A stretch of 64,000 nt of DNA from Felis catus (lineage: Eukaryota): positions 27,406,001 through 27,470,000 of the forward strand of contig NC_058383.1 in the NCBI RefSeq assembly GCF_018350175.1, in the 5' to 3' direction. The notes under the pieces are model-generated. The model made no database searches, was not told the origin of the DNA, and saw only the letters and a list, made by a program, of their open reading frames with translations. Made by a program: the position numbers and the translations under genes. Of the stretch, positions 1 to 12,000 are shown piece by piece. How positions within the stretch are numbered: position 1 is the stretch's first letter; each line of letters begins with the position of its first letter.

Positions 1-165
1 GGGTATAAAGTACAGATTCCTTGTTTCTAGAATTGGGATATGCCGCTTCACATAGGTCAACTGTCAGAAAGCTGAATGGGAGATCAGTACTCTGCCATCA
101 CTCATGATTTTGAGCATGGGTTCCCTTAGCTGAGGCACAGCACAGTGATTAAACATGGCAGCTCT

Positions 166-270
166 GGGGCACCTGGGTGGCTCAGTCGGTTAAGTGTCCG
201 GCTTCGGCTCAGGTCATGATCTCATGGTTTGTGGTTCAAGCCCCATGTCAGGCTCTGTGCTGACAGCTCA
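166..270 (+). mobile_element. CAN-SINE 5' half (tRNA-derived head), truncated
   Basis: GGGGCACCTGGGTGGCTCAGTCGGTTAAG...GGTCATGATCTC...GTGCTGACAGCTCA; no (CT)n or poly-A. Confidence 0.9.
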
Positions 271-330
271 CGAATCGGGAGATCATGACCTGAGCTGAAG
301 TCAGATGCTTAACTGATTGAGGCATCCCCA
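267..330 (-). mobile_element. CAN-SINE 5' head only, inverted, fused to the preceding SINE
   Basis: CTCACGAATCGGGAGATCATGACCTGAGCTGAAGTCAGATGCTTAACTGATTGAG is the reverse complement of a SINE head. Confidence 0.85.
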
Positions 331-456
331 TAGTTAAAATTTAAAAAAACCTTCAGGACATAAAGGTTTGTATATAATATTTGTGTGTAATACACAAGCA
401 TAATTATGCTTAAATATGTGTTGGAATATGACAAGATGGAAATACCCCATATTTTA

Positions 457-634
457 TTTTTTTAAGTATATTTATTTAGAAGGCAGGGGAAGAGAGAGAG
501 AGAGAGAATCCCAAGCAGACTTTATGGTGTCACTCCAGAGCCAATGTGGGCCTCGATCCCATGAACCATGAGATCATGACCTGAGCAGAAATCAGGAGTT
601 CCACGCTCAACCCACTGAGCCACCCAGGCACCCC
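457..634 (-). mobile_element. CAN-SINE (older subfamily)
   Basis: T-rich tail, (GA)n, ends GAGCCACCCAGGCACCCC; TSD GAAATACCCCA(T/G)ATTTTA at 439-456 and 636-653. Confidence 0.93.
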
Positions 635-1799
635 AGAAATACCCCAGATTTTAATACTGGCTATCTTTGAGTGGTGAATCTACAGATGAATTTGTTTTCC
701 TCTTTCAGATTTTTTGCATTTATAATAAATGTGTTTAATTTTCATAATTATACAAATATAGTGAATACTTTTACATTTATAATAGAAAAAAGCAAACATC
801 GGACCATGAATCAGTCTTGCAGTGACTATAATAGCATGGGATGTTTGGAATTGCAGACTTGATGTCCGATGCTGGTCTTTTTGTTTTAAAAGAGCCATCA
901 CTCCTATGGCTAAAACCAATTTCCTAAGGAGATCGCCATCAGCTTCCGCGTTACAGCTCAGTCACAGCCTCCTGACATACAGTTTTGAGATGTGCCTCCT
1001 GGTCAGAAAATAGTTGACTGTGTTCTACCAATTAAGGATTTGTTCTTCGTTGCCAGAATAGCTCTTCAGATAACTTAGACTTCTGGGAAGTTTCTGTGCA
1101 GCCAGCGCTGGACAGAAATGCTATAACAGGGAGATTTAATCTCCCAAGATAAGATCATACCAATATATAGATCTTCCGAGGATGTTCCTTTGGGACTATA
1201 ATTATGAGTATTCCAGGTATTCTCCAAAACTTTCTGTCACTAAGGAAAGATGCACAATATAGGTGGGGGAACTCTGAGTAATTTGGGCTTGATCTCTGAG
1301 CAGGATTGCTAGTAAGGACATAGGCGATGGCAGTATTAAATAATCTCCTTGCATTTATTTACTCTTAGTTGTCCACTTATTAAGTATTTATTGAGTTCCA
1401 GAATTTGTGCTAAACTCCATTATTTTTAAGCTGACACTGGAAGTTGGCAAATAACTTTCATCTTGCATGCCAAATTTGATCAGTTGGTAGTAGTGGCATA
1501 GAGTGCTCTGCTGGAAAAGATTCTGGGACTGTATCCAAACTCAAATGAAAAGAGCGATGATCGATTAGTAATGTCTGCTATAGTTGTAGAAGGGGGAATG
1601 GCGGTGTATGTGCCATGCATTTGCCATGTATGCTGGATTATTTCTGCCAGTTTAGGGAGGGTCACTTAAGCTCTGGCACATGCTCTATTTCCTACAGGTT
1701 GAAGGAACCAAATCCCTATCCAAGTTAGCATCACTGGAGAAGCATTAACAGAGGAGTTAAAAAAAAAAAAAAAGAAGAAGAGTGAATGCTGCCCACCTG

Positions 1800-1960
1800 C
1801 TACAAGCTAGACCTTGTCCAGTTCTCTTTACATAAAATGAGTCATATAATCTCCAAGATATCCTTCTGAGGCAAGCATTGCTATTTCCTTCTTACAGATG
1901 AGGATCTAGGCTAAGGCAAGGAAAATGACTTCTAAAGTCTACAATCAATCACAGCAAGAT
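1800..1960 (-). mobile_element. MIR remnant
   Basis: TTACAGATGAGG core-like motif, diverged. Confidence 0.55.
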
Positions 1961-2379
1961 TGCTTATCTATCCGATGAGCAACCCTGGCTTAACATGGAA
2001 TCAAATAAAATGTGATCATGTCTGCTTCTTTTTAGGAGGTCGTAAAACTAATTCTACTAATTTTTGATAATCACTTTAGTTAAATGGGTCCCTCTGGAGA
2101 AGTATTCAATCCAGTTTGTTCATCAAGACACAATAAGGCATCATCTGTTCCACTTTCTGCTCAACCCCAGAGTGGCCAGTGTCATTTGGCGACGGTCATA
2201 CTCGTGTTACCCAAGCAACAAGGCCAAAGCTTTATGATCTTGGCTACAGAGGCAACACTCTATGAATAAGCCTCAGGAAATCCAACCAATCCTTTTTTTT
2301 TCAGGTTCAAATGTCTGTGATTATTTAATGGACCAGTCATCACCCCATAAAATCACATATAATTACATCTTATTACACA

Positions 2380-2600
2380 GTTACTACGTGCCAATTCCTC
2401 TGTGAAGAGCTCCAGCTGCACTACTGCATGACAACCCCACAGTGTCCCTATCACATAGACACTATGGTTACCCTGACTTGACAGATGAGACATAGGAGAC
2501 TTTAGGGCCAAGGAACTTAGGCAGAGTCACATAAGTAGCAAGTAAGGTAGGGCTCAGACTCTAACCCAGGAAATCAGACTCCAAGGTCACTGCTTAACTT
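2380..2600 (-). mobile_element. MIR remnant
   Basis: ACAGATGAG...GTCACATAAGTAGCAAGT...AACCCAGG...GACTCCAAGGTC pattern. Confidence 0.65.
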
Positions 2601-2649
2601 CAATTTAAATTGTTTAATCAACTCTTAGTTCTTAACAATTTCCAATACA

Positions 2650-3120
2650 TCCTCTCCAGTGGGTTACCCTAAAAGTAGACCCCGAGACAAAGATGTAAGT
2701 GGAAGTAATAATATATTTCATTTGGGACCCCAGAAAACACCAGAAGGAAAGAGTAGGAAATTGAGGCAGGAGGGGGGAAGTAAAAGAAGCCTATAAAATG
2801 ATCTCTTCAAGCAAGTGACCAATATGAGAAACTGGAGTTCAATCCCACTTGGAGAACTTTGGGAGATGCCATGTAAGATGTGCCCACAAGGCAAGAGAGC
2901 TGGGGTATTTGTACTCCAAGTCCTAGCAGTTAGTGGTCAAGGGCTGTTCTCAAGGGACATGAGTTCCCTGGCACCCGCAGTCTGCCACACATGTGGGCAC
3001 AGTGGGCTCTGATGGCCAAAGAAAGCCTCAGGCAAGGAGTTCTAGGATTGGAGGTGGAGTCAGTGAGCCTGTATGAAAACTAAGTCTTGGGAATGTGAGC
3101 AAGACACAACTGCCACAGTG
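2650..3120 (-). mobile_element. Old ERVL-type solo LTR (LTR16-like)
   Basis: GGGTTACCCTAAAAGTAGACCCCGAGACAAAGAT...TTTGGGA resembles the reverse complement of the LTR16 3' end. Confidence 0.5.
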
Positions 3121-3144
3121 TCTACCTCACTTTCTTCTTCTTCT

Positions 3145-3430
3145 TTTTTTTTTTCATCAACAACTCTATGGAGGTATAAATTTTCCACCATAACATTTAC
3201 CCATTGTAACAATGTTTAGCAAATTTATCAGGTTGTGTGACCATCAACATAGTCTACTTTTAGCATATTTTTGTCACCCCAATGATATTATCCCACGTGC
3301 CCACTTATAGTTAATCCCTGTTCTCACTTCTAGCTCCTGGCAACCATGAATCTACGTTTTATCTCTAAGGAGTTACCTTTCTTGGACATTTTACATAAAC
3401 AAATCATATAATGTGTGGTTGTCTGTGTAA
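3145..3430 (-). mobile_element. Ancient L1 (L1M) 3' UTR fragment
   Basis: CCTGGCAACCATGAATCTAC...TTGGACATTTTACATAAA..AATCATATAATGTGTGG typical of antisense L1MB/ME 3' ends. Confidence 0.7.
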
Positions 3431-3656
3431 ATGAGATAGTGCCTCTCTAAATGGCTTAAGTTGCAGAAAGGAAGTAAGAGCAAGATGGGCAAATAAATTT
3501 TCCATGCAGAAGGTGGGGACATTCTGGATGAAGGCAATGGTTACACTACCAGTGGCAATTAAGAGGCACCCCATGCTTACACTAGAGTCTCATCTTCCCC
3601 AGGATACATTCGTTCATATGAATTTTTGAGTTGTTGTATTTTAAAGATACCTTTTT

Positions 3657-3867
3657 GGGGCACCTGGGTGGCTTAGTTGGCTAAGCATCTGACTCTTGAT
3701 TTCAGTTCAGGTCATGATCTCACGGTTCCTGAGTTCAAGTCCCATGTCAGGCTCTGCTCTGACAGTGTGGAGCCTGCTTGGAATTCTCTCTCTCCCTCTC
3801 TCTCTGCCCCTTCCCCACTCGTGCACTCTCTATCTCCCTCAAAATAAATAAATAAACTTAAAAAAAT
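3657..3867 (+). mobile_element. CAN-SINE
   Basis: Head, (CT)n, AATAAA tail; TSD AAAGATA(C/T)CTTTT both sides. Confidence 0.95.
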
Positions 3868-5123
3868 AAAGATATCTTTTCAACACAAAGGACTGGCAGG
3901 CAGCAAGAAATCTTGAATTCCATGAACCCATTAGCCTTGGCATTGGAAGGAATGGGGCTATCTCAAAAACCCCTGTTGTTAAACAGATCTAACGGTTTCT
4001 GATGATCTTGGGAACTGAAGAGGTTAGTGTTGGGAAGTGACTGATGTACAGGGATCTTGGTTTCTTACTTGGCCTGCCAAACTGCTCACTGTTTCTTCCC
4101 CCTCTTTGTAGAAATTAATAAAATAGGAAAAAAAACTTGATGGAGAACGATAAAAGCAGAACAGCCGGCCAACTGGTCAACCATAGTATGCATCACACAG
4201 AGTGCCATCCTCTCTGTCTATGGGGTAAACTGGTTACAATTCCCTGTGCACAGAGGCGTAATTCACCCATGACTGACTGCCTGCGGTAACAACCACTGAT
4301 AAACGCAAATGAGTTAGGATGTGGGATGTGGTATACACCCAAAGCAGACACTGACCTTGCTGATGAAGGTCATCTGAACTGCTCCTGTTCCTTGATCTGG
4401 ATGAACCCACAGAGAAGTTTGGCTGTTGTCCCTTTTGAGATCTCTATCAGGTGCTATTTAGAAATACCACCTTTTTCCCTTTGCATTATGAACAAATTGA
4501 GAAGTAGGCACAGAAATAAATTGCTGGCTAACATATTAGCTTTATTTTTGGTAACAATGGGCTGGGAGGTATGGCTTGGACCTACGACCACAATGTGGTT
4601 CCCTGGTCTCTGCTCCTGAGCCTGGATCCTTGGATCCACTAAAGAGGAGCACTGGCTGCAAGAGAACAGTCCTGGGCCCCAGGCATAGAGACAGAGAGAG
4701 GTGGACATCTGCTCCCTTCTCCACAGGGCAGCCCCGAGCCCTGACCCAGGCACACCGATTCTACATAAGTCACTGTTGGCCGGGGAAAAGGCCAGTGCCC
4801 CAAAAGAAAGCCCAACGGGATGAGCTAACTCACCTTCAGATCCTATCTTCCCAATCTTGCCAAGCAGATACGATTATTTCTCCATTCTAGGAGAGGAGGG
4901 ATGGATCAGGTGAAGGGAAGAATAGACACTTCCTTTTTAATAATTCTAGGGGTGATGGTGGGGGGGTGGAATTTCTATTTTCAGACTAACAGAAATGCTG
5001 TATCAGAAGAGAAGAGGTTTGCTATACAGCCCTTGTCAATATAACTTTCTTATCTCTCTGCAAATGTCTCTCTCTCCCTCTTCTCCCCCTCCCCTTTCCT
5101 CTCCCCACCTCTCTCTTACACAC

Positions 5124-5125
<2 letters not shown>

Positions 5126-5162
<37 letters not shown>
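5126..5162. repeat. (CA)n microsatellite
   Basis: About 18 perfect units. Confidence 0.97.
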
Positions 5163-5164
<2 letters not shown>

Positions 5165-5619
5165 TACACCAGGAGTTAAAGGGCTTGGATATTAGTCCTT
5201 TGAATAAAATAATTAATTTCTTTAAGTCTTGGTTTCCCCATGTGTAAAGTGAGGGACTGCTTCAGCCCCACTTTCCCATGACTCCAGAATCTATAGGAAC
5301 TTTATTTTAGTCAGAAATGAACTTTATTAAGAAAGAATTCATCAGTTAAACATTGTGCTGTTAAAAAAATACCCTCTCTCCCTCTCCTGGCCCTTACAGC
5401 AAACATGTAACATAGAACTTGAAAACTCATGCCTACAGAGGTCAAGCAGGTACCAGGAGTGAGTTACAGGGCCTGATGTAACACAAAAGGGAGTAGTGGG
5501 GACTGTGGGTGGGTCAAAGTGCACAGGATACCCAATATGCATCAACTGCTGTCATCTGGGAAGGGGGCTCTTGTTGCATTTCCTAATGCTTCAAGAGAAG
5601 GAAGACACTGACATCATGG

Positions 5620-5624
5620 GTGTG

Positions 5625-5656
<32 letters not shown>

Positions 5657-5676
5657 CGTGCACGCATGTGTGTGTG
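5620..5676. repeat. Imperfect (TG)n microsatellite
   Basis: Seen directly. Confidence 0.95.
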
Positions 5677-6324
5677 CAAAGTCCCTAGATTTCTAAAACC
5701 TGGCTCAGTTTTTAAAAACATTGCTTAGGCTAAATAAAATGTATCTGCCAACCCCGTTTTACTCATGGTCAGCTACTTGCAATTCTGGCTTACAATGGCC
5801 ACAATGATGGTGACTTTCTTATGCCTAGGGCCAGCCATATTAGGAAAAGTAGATGGCTCAGTACTCCCCGAGTCTCCTCTCTACTGCCTGTAGTGGTGTC
5901 TCACATTCCACTACTAGAAACATATCCCCTTGGATCTTCAGGAATTACCCATGTCCAGAGACCCCAGCAGACTGCATCTGTCCCTAGGAGGGACTGGACA
6001 CACAAAACTATGCAACCAGCTTCTGGGAGCTGTTCTTGTTCTCACCTAGTGCCCACCTTGGAAACAGCACAGTAACATATACGTTCAACCCATATGCCCT
6101 TAAAAGCACTGATGAGTGACAGATTTAGTGCAATTGTCTTGGGAGAGAGAGGAGAGGCTGACACTGCCTTCTGCATGTCAAACTTCCTACTAATCCTCTC
6201 CTAATATTCCTTTCTTCTTGCTGACCACCACCTTCAAAAAATATTCCCCAATAGCTTCTCCAGCCAGATTGGTCCTGTCAACTTTCACATACCTTCAGGA
6301 AAGCAAATACCTGCTAAGCATAAT

Positions 6325-6620
6325 ACTGACAGCCAACATCTGTGGAGCACTTATTTATTTATGTATGTATTTATTTATTTATTTACTATAATTTATTGTC
6401 AAATTGACTTACATACAACAGCCAGTGGAGCACTTATTTAGACGGGCCCCATTACTAGCACTTTACAAGTATATATCTAAGACTATGCTATTTTTATTCC
6501 CAGTACACAGAAGAGGAGACTGAGGCACAGAGAGCTTAAGTAACTTGCTCAAATCACACAACCAGTAGGTAGAGGAGTGGGGAATGAAAACCAGAGAGCT
6601 TGACTATAGAGTGCATGCCT
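6325..6620 (-). mobile_element. MIR, interrupted by a short L1 tail insertion
   Basis: GAGGAGACTGAGGCACAGAGAGCTTAAGTAACTTGCTCAAATCACACA MIR core. Confidence 0.85.
6357..6424 (-). mobile_element. Extremely 5'-truncated carnivore L1 (last ~35 nt plus A-rich tail)
   Basis: Perfect 15-bp TSD GTGGAGCACTTATTT at 6342-6356 and 6425-6439; minus strand reads TGTTGTATGTAAGTCAATTTGACAATAAATT then (TAAA)n. Confidence 0.85.
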
Positions 6621-6626
6621 TTAAAA

Positions 6627-6816
6627 ACGGTTTTGGCAAACTTTCTCTGTAAAGGACCAGATAGTAAATATTTATGGGCCATACCATCCCTGTACTAATA
6701 CTCAATGCTGCCATTGTAGCAGGAAAGCAGATACAGACAATTTGTAAGCGAATGGCTGTGTTCCAATAAGCCTTATTCACAAAAATAGGAATCGGGCTGA
6801 AGTTTGCCAATCCCTA
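6627..6816 (+). mobile_element. hAT-Charlie MITE, MER58A-like
   Basis: GGCAAACTTT...TGTAAAGGACCAGATAGTAAATATTT...GGCTGTGTTCCAATAA...GTTTGCC inverted termini; degenerate 8-bp TSD CTTTAAAA/CTCTAGAA. Confidence 0.85.
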
Positions 6817-7037
6817 CTCTAGAAAATAGCATGTTGCTCAGCAGAACAAACCTCGGGCTGACCCAAAAAAGTGAGCTCCTATTCTTCCTTCTAGCATCCC
6901 CTTCTCCAGCACCAATAATAACATCAGTGGTAGCAGCAACATTCGTACAATGTTAGCTTGAGATGGGAACACATGATGATCCTATGTCAGGGTAAGGTCA
7001 GAGTCCCATGGTTTACCCCACCACTATAGTTAGCAGG

Positions 7038-7373
7038 TGGGGTGGTTAATCTTATTTGTCAACTTGGAGGGTGCTTTAGTATGAGATTAACATTTAAATT
7101 GGTGAACTTTGAGTAAACAGCTTACCCTCCATAGTGTGGGTGGGCCTCATCCAATCAGTTGAAGGCCCGAATAGAACAAAAAGTTGGGCCTCCAGCAGAC
7201 TGCCTTTGGACTAGAACTGGACCACACACTTTCCTGGGACTCCAGAAAGCTATCCCACACTGGACTCACCAGCCTCCATAATCATGGAAGCCAATTCCCT
7301 ATAGTAAATCTCCTTCCAGGTATATAGGCATATCCCATTGGTTCTGTTTCTTCAGAGTACACTGACTTACACA
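7038..7373 (+). mobile_element. ERVL solo LTR (MLT2 family)
   Basis: TG...CA termini, GGTTAAT..TGTCAACTTG, GTGGGTGGGCCTCATCCAATCAGTTGAAGGCC; perfect 5-bp TSD GCAGG. Confidence 0.9.
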
Positions 7374-7889
7374 GCAGGCAATATCTTAGCTAGATGGTTG
7401 AGAATATGAACTTGCCTGGGAGTAAGGAAAAGAGCTAGAAGTGCCCAGAACAGGGAGATGAGTACAGGCAGAGAAGGTGGGAAGAGCCCAGCTGTCCTCT
7501 CCCTAGTTTTGCTGAACTCTGGCTCCGATCACGACAGCTATCTCCTGAGAGAGAATTCTGTCACTCCAGAGCACCACTGGGCCAGTGTGGACCCAGGATA
7601 GCATTTGGTGTCTGGTGGGTACCTGGTCACTGGTTTGGTCTAAAGAGATATGGAAAACAAGGCAGTATAAATGCCTTCTGTTGATAATGCTCCCCACCCC
7701 CCATTGCCATTTTAAAGTAGGGTTTCTCAAAATAGTTTGCCAATAATAGCAACATTCCATTATTCCACACCTAGGGCCACAATAATAGAGATAGGATGAA
7801 CAAGGGATTGGAGGCAGGAGGGAAGAATGAGAACAAACCAGCCAGTCTTGCTTCAACAATGCCTTCTGGATGCCCTTAGGGCATGAACA

Positions 7890-8102
7890 CCTGCACTACT
7901 GACATTTGGGACCAGATACTTTTTTGTTGTGGGGTGCCATCCTGGCTTTGTAAGATGTTTGGAAGGCATCCAATGTTTGGGTGGTCTCCACCCACTCGAT
8001 GTCAGTAGTATTCACACCCTGCCCCCAAATTGTGACCAAAAATGTCTCCAGGCTTTGCTAAAAGTACCCTGTGGGCAAAATCACTCTTTGTTGAGAAGCA
8101 TT
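7890..8102 (+). mobile_element. hAT-Charlie MITE, MER20-like
   Basis: GCACTACTGACATTTGGGACCAGATA...TGTGACCAAAAATGTCTCCAG...GTTGAGAA. Confidence 0.8.
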
Positions 8103-8384
8103 AAGTTAAAGGGAATCTCTACATGCCTCTCAAAGCTCAGACTGTTTATATCCAGGGGAATGAGGGCTCACGGCAGAGGATACTTTCTTGGAGCACTAAT
8201 TGTCCTTGATAGTAATTTAAAGCATTAGTCTTACATTAAAACTAACATGGATATATTACAGAGTAGTATCCCAAACTTAAGGCTGGGAAGAATTTTCATC
8301 TGAGATGGGGTGATTTTGGCTACACTCCCAGAACACTTGGCAAGTACACATTTACATTTCTCTGCCTTGGGGGAAGCTAATAAT

Positions 8385-8580
8385 AGGTATCGTTTATTGA
8401 GTGCTTACTTGGTGCCAGAAGCTTATGGTACAGGTGATTTCCCGCTTGACTGTCACCACCAGCTATGGTTAGTCCCATTTTGGAGATGAGAAGACTGAGA
8501 TCCGCGGAGGTCATGAAAGCTGTCTGGAGACTAGCGACTGCTCAATGATGAAGCTGACATTGGAACCCACCCGTCTCATT
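8385..8580 (-). mobile_element. MIR remnant
   Basis: TTTATTGAGTGCTTACTTGGTGCCAG...CCCATTTTGGAGATGAGAAGACTGAG. Confidence 0.75.
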
Positions 8581-9085
8581 AAGCTCCTTCCCCATGTGCT
8601 TCTGGGAAAATCTGTGAAAAGGTGAGTAGCAATGAACCACCAGAAGCAGCATCCTGGAGCTGTCTGGTGAGATGGTTTAAGAAAAAGCAAGGTTTTGTTG
8701 TAGCTGATAAGCTCTTAGCCCCTTTGGGGAGAAGAAAGAGTGAGGTTCTGAAGCCGAACGCTGAAAAGGGAGGAATTGCCAAGGTAGGACCCACTCCTGG
8801 AGAAGGTCAGCTTGGTGACATTGGCTCAAGACTATAGAGTCTCAGCCCCAGACCCCTGAGTTGCCCCTACCAGCCCCAGCTGGGACATTACTTCAGGGAT
8901 TTTTTTCTTCCAGGCTTTGATTTATGGACTTTCTCTATGTTTCAGCAACGCCTGTGGCTACAGTAGGGACAAGCGGCTTTCTACCATTAGTCATTATAGG
9001 AACTCTTAGAAAGACTGTCATCTCCATGAACCACTCTTATTCTAATCTGCTCACTACTTTTGTTTCTTTAAATGGACTCAATCTT

Positions 9086-12000
9086 AAAGAATGGCTGAAA
9101 AAACAAGACCCATCTATATGCAGCCTACAAGAGACTCACTTTAGATCTAAAGACATCTGCAGATGGGAAGTGAGGGGATAGAGAAACATCTATCATGCAA
9201 ATGGATGTCAAAAGAAACCCAGAGTAGCAATATTTGTATCAGACAAAGTAGACTTTAAAACAAAGACTCTAACAGCAGACAAAGAAAAACAATATGTAAT
9301 AATAAAGGAGACAATCCAACAAGAAGACATAACAATTGTAAATACTTATGCCCCCAACATAGAAGCCCCAAATACACAAAACAGTTAGCAACAAACACAA
9401 AGGAACTAATTGATAATAATACAATAATAGTAGGGGACTTTAACACCCTATGCACTTCAATAGACAGATCATCTAAACAGAACATCAACAAGGACACAAT
9501 GACTTTGAATGACACACTGGAACAGATGGATTTAATAGATATTTTGATCAGTCCATTCTAACACAGCAGAATACATATTCTTTTCAAGTGCACACAGAAA
9601 ATTCTCCAGAACAGATCACATAATAGCCTACAAAATAAACCTCAACAAATTCAAGAAGATCAAAATCACCATGTCTATTTTCTGACCACAACTCTATGAA
9701 ACTAGAAGTTAACCACAAGAAAAAGTCTGAAAAGAGCAGAAATACATGGTGATTAAATAACATGCTATTAAACAATAAACTGGTCAACCAGTAAATAGAA
9801 GAAATAAAAAAATATATGGAAACAAACACAATGGTCCAAAGCTTCTGGGATGCAGCAAAAGTGGTTCTAAAAGGGAACTTTATAGCAGTACAGGCTTATC
9901 TCAAGAAGCAAGGAAAATTTTAAACAACCTAACCTTGTACCTAAAGGATCTAGAAAAAGAACAACCAAAACCTAAAACCAACAGAAGTAAAGAAATAATA
10001 AAGATAGGCCAAAAATAAATGACATAGAAACTAAACAAAACAAAAGCAACAACAACAGAAAAGATTGATGAAACCAGGAGCTGGTTCTTTGAAAAAAATC
10101 AATAAAATTGACAAACTTTTCTCCGACTCATCAAGAAAAAAGAGAGAGGACTCAAATAAAATCACAAACAAGAAAGAAGAAATGACAACCAACACAACAG
10201 AAATACAAACATAAGAGAATATTATTAAAAACTATATCCCAACAAATTGGACAATCTAGAAGAAATGGATAAATTCCTAGAAACATATAAACTACCAAAA
10301 CTGAAACAGGAAGAAATAGAATATTTGAACAGACCGATGACCAGCAAAGAAATTGAGTCAGTTATCAAACAATTCCCGACAAATAAAAGTCCAGGACCAG
10401 ATGGTTTTACAGGCAAATTCTATCAAACATTTAAAGAGGAATTGAGACCTATTCTTCTTAAACTATTCTATTAAAAAATAGAAAAGGAGGGAAAACTTCC
10501 AAATTCATTCTATGAAGCCAGCATTACCCTGATACCAAAACCAAGTAAAGACACCATTAAAAAAAAGAGAAGTATAGGTCAATATCCCTGATGAAAATAC
10601 ATGCAAAAATTCTCACCGAAATACTAGCAAACCAGATTTAACAATCCATTTAAAAAATCATTTACCACAATCAAGTGGGATTTAGTCCTGGGCTGCAAGG
10701 GTGGTTCAATACTCTCAAATCAATCAGCATGAACATCACATCAATAGGAGAAAAGATGAAAACCATATGATCATTTCAATAGATGAATAAAAAGCATCTG
10801 ACAAAGTATAACATCCATTCATGACAAAAACTTCAACAAAGTAGGTTTACAGGGAACACACCTCAACATAATAAAGCCATATATGAAAGACTAACAGCTA
10901 ACATCATCCATAATGGTGAAAAACTGAGAGCTTTCCCCCTAAGATCAGGAACACAACAAGGATGTCCACTCTCACCACTTTTATTCAACATAGTGCTGCA
11001 AGTTCCTAGCCACAGCAATCAGACAACAAAAAGAAATAAAAGGCATTCATATTGGTAAGGTAGAAGTAAAACTTTTACTATTTGAAGATGACACGAAACT
11101 ATATACATAAAACCCCAAGGACTCCACCCAAACAATTGCTAGAACTGATAAACAAATGCAATAAAGTCACAAGATACAAATCCAATGTACAGAAATAGCT
11201 GCATTTCTTTTTTTTTATGTAAAAAAATTTTTAATGTTTATTTTTGAGAGAGATAGAGACACAGAGTGCAAGCTGGGGAGGGGTAGAAAGAGTGGGAGAC
11301 ACAGAATCCGAAGCAAGCTCCAGGCTCTGAGCTGTCAGCACAGAGCCTGACATGGCACTTGAACTCACAGACCACGAGATCATGACCTGAGCCGAAGTCG
11401 GACACTTAACTGAGCCACCCAGGTGCCCCTGTTTGCATTTCTATACACCAACAATGAAGCAGCAGAAAGAGAAGTTAAGAAAAAAAATCCTATTAGCAAA
11501 TGCACCAAAAATAATAAGATACCTAGGAATAAACTTAACCAAAGAGGTGAAAGAACTGTACTCTGAAAACTATAAGGCACTGATGAAAAAAATTGGAGAT
11601 GACACAAACAAATGGAAAGATATCCCATGTTCATGGACCGGAAGAACAAATATCGTTAAAAGGTCTGTACTACCAAAAGTAATCACATATTTAATGCAAT
11701 CCCTATCAAAATACCAATGGCAGTTTTCAAAGAACTAGAACAAACAATCCTAAAATTTGTATGGAACCACGAAAGACCCTGAATATCCAAAATATCCTTG
11801 AAAAAGAAAAGCAAAGCTGGAGGCATCACAATTCCAGACTTCAAGTTATATTACAGAGCTTTAATGATCAAGACAGTATGGTACTGGCACACAAAAAAAT
11901 AGACACATAGATCAATGGAACAGAATAGAAAATCCAGAAATAAACCCACAATTATATGATTTATTAGTCTTTGACAAAGCAGGAAAGAATATCCAATGGG

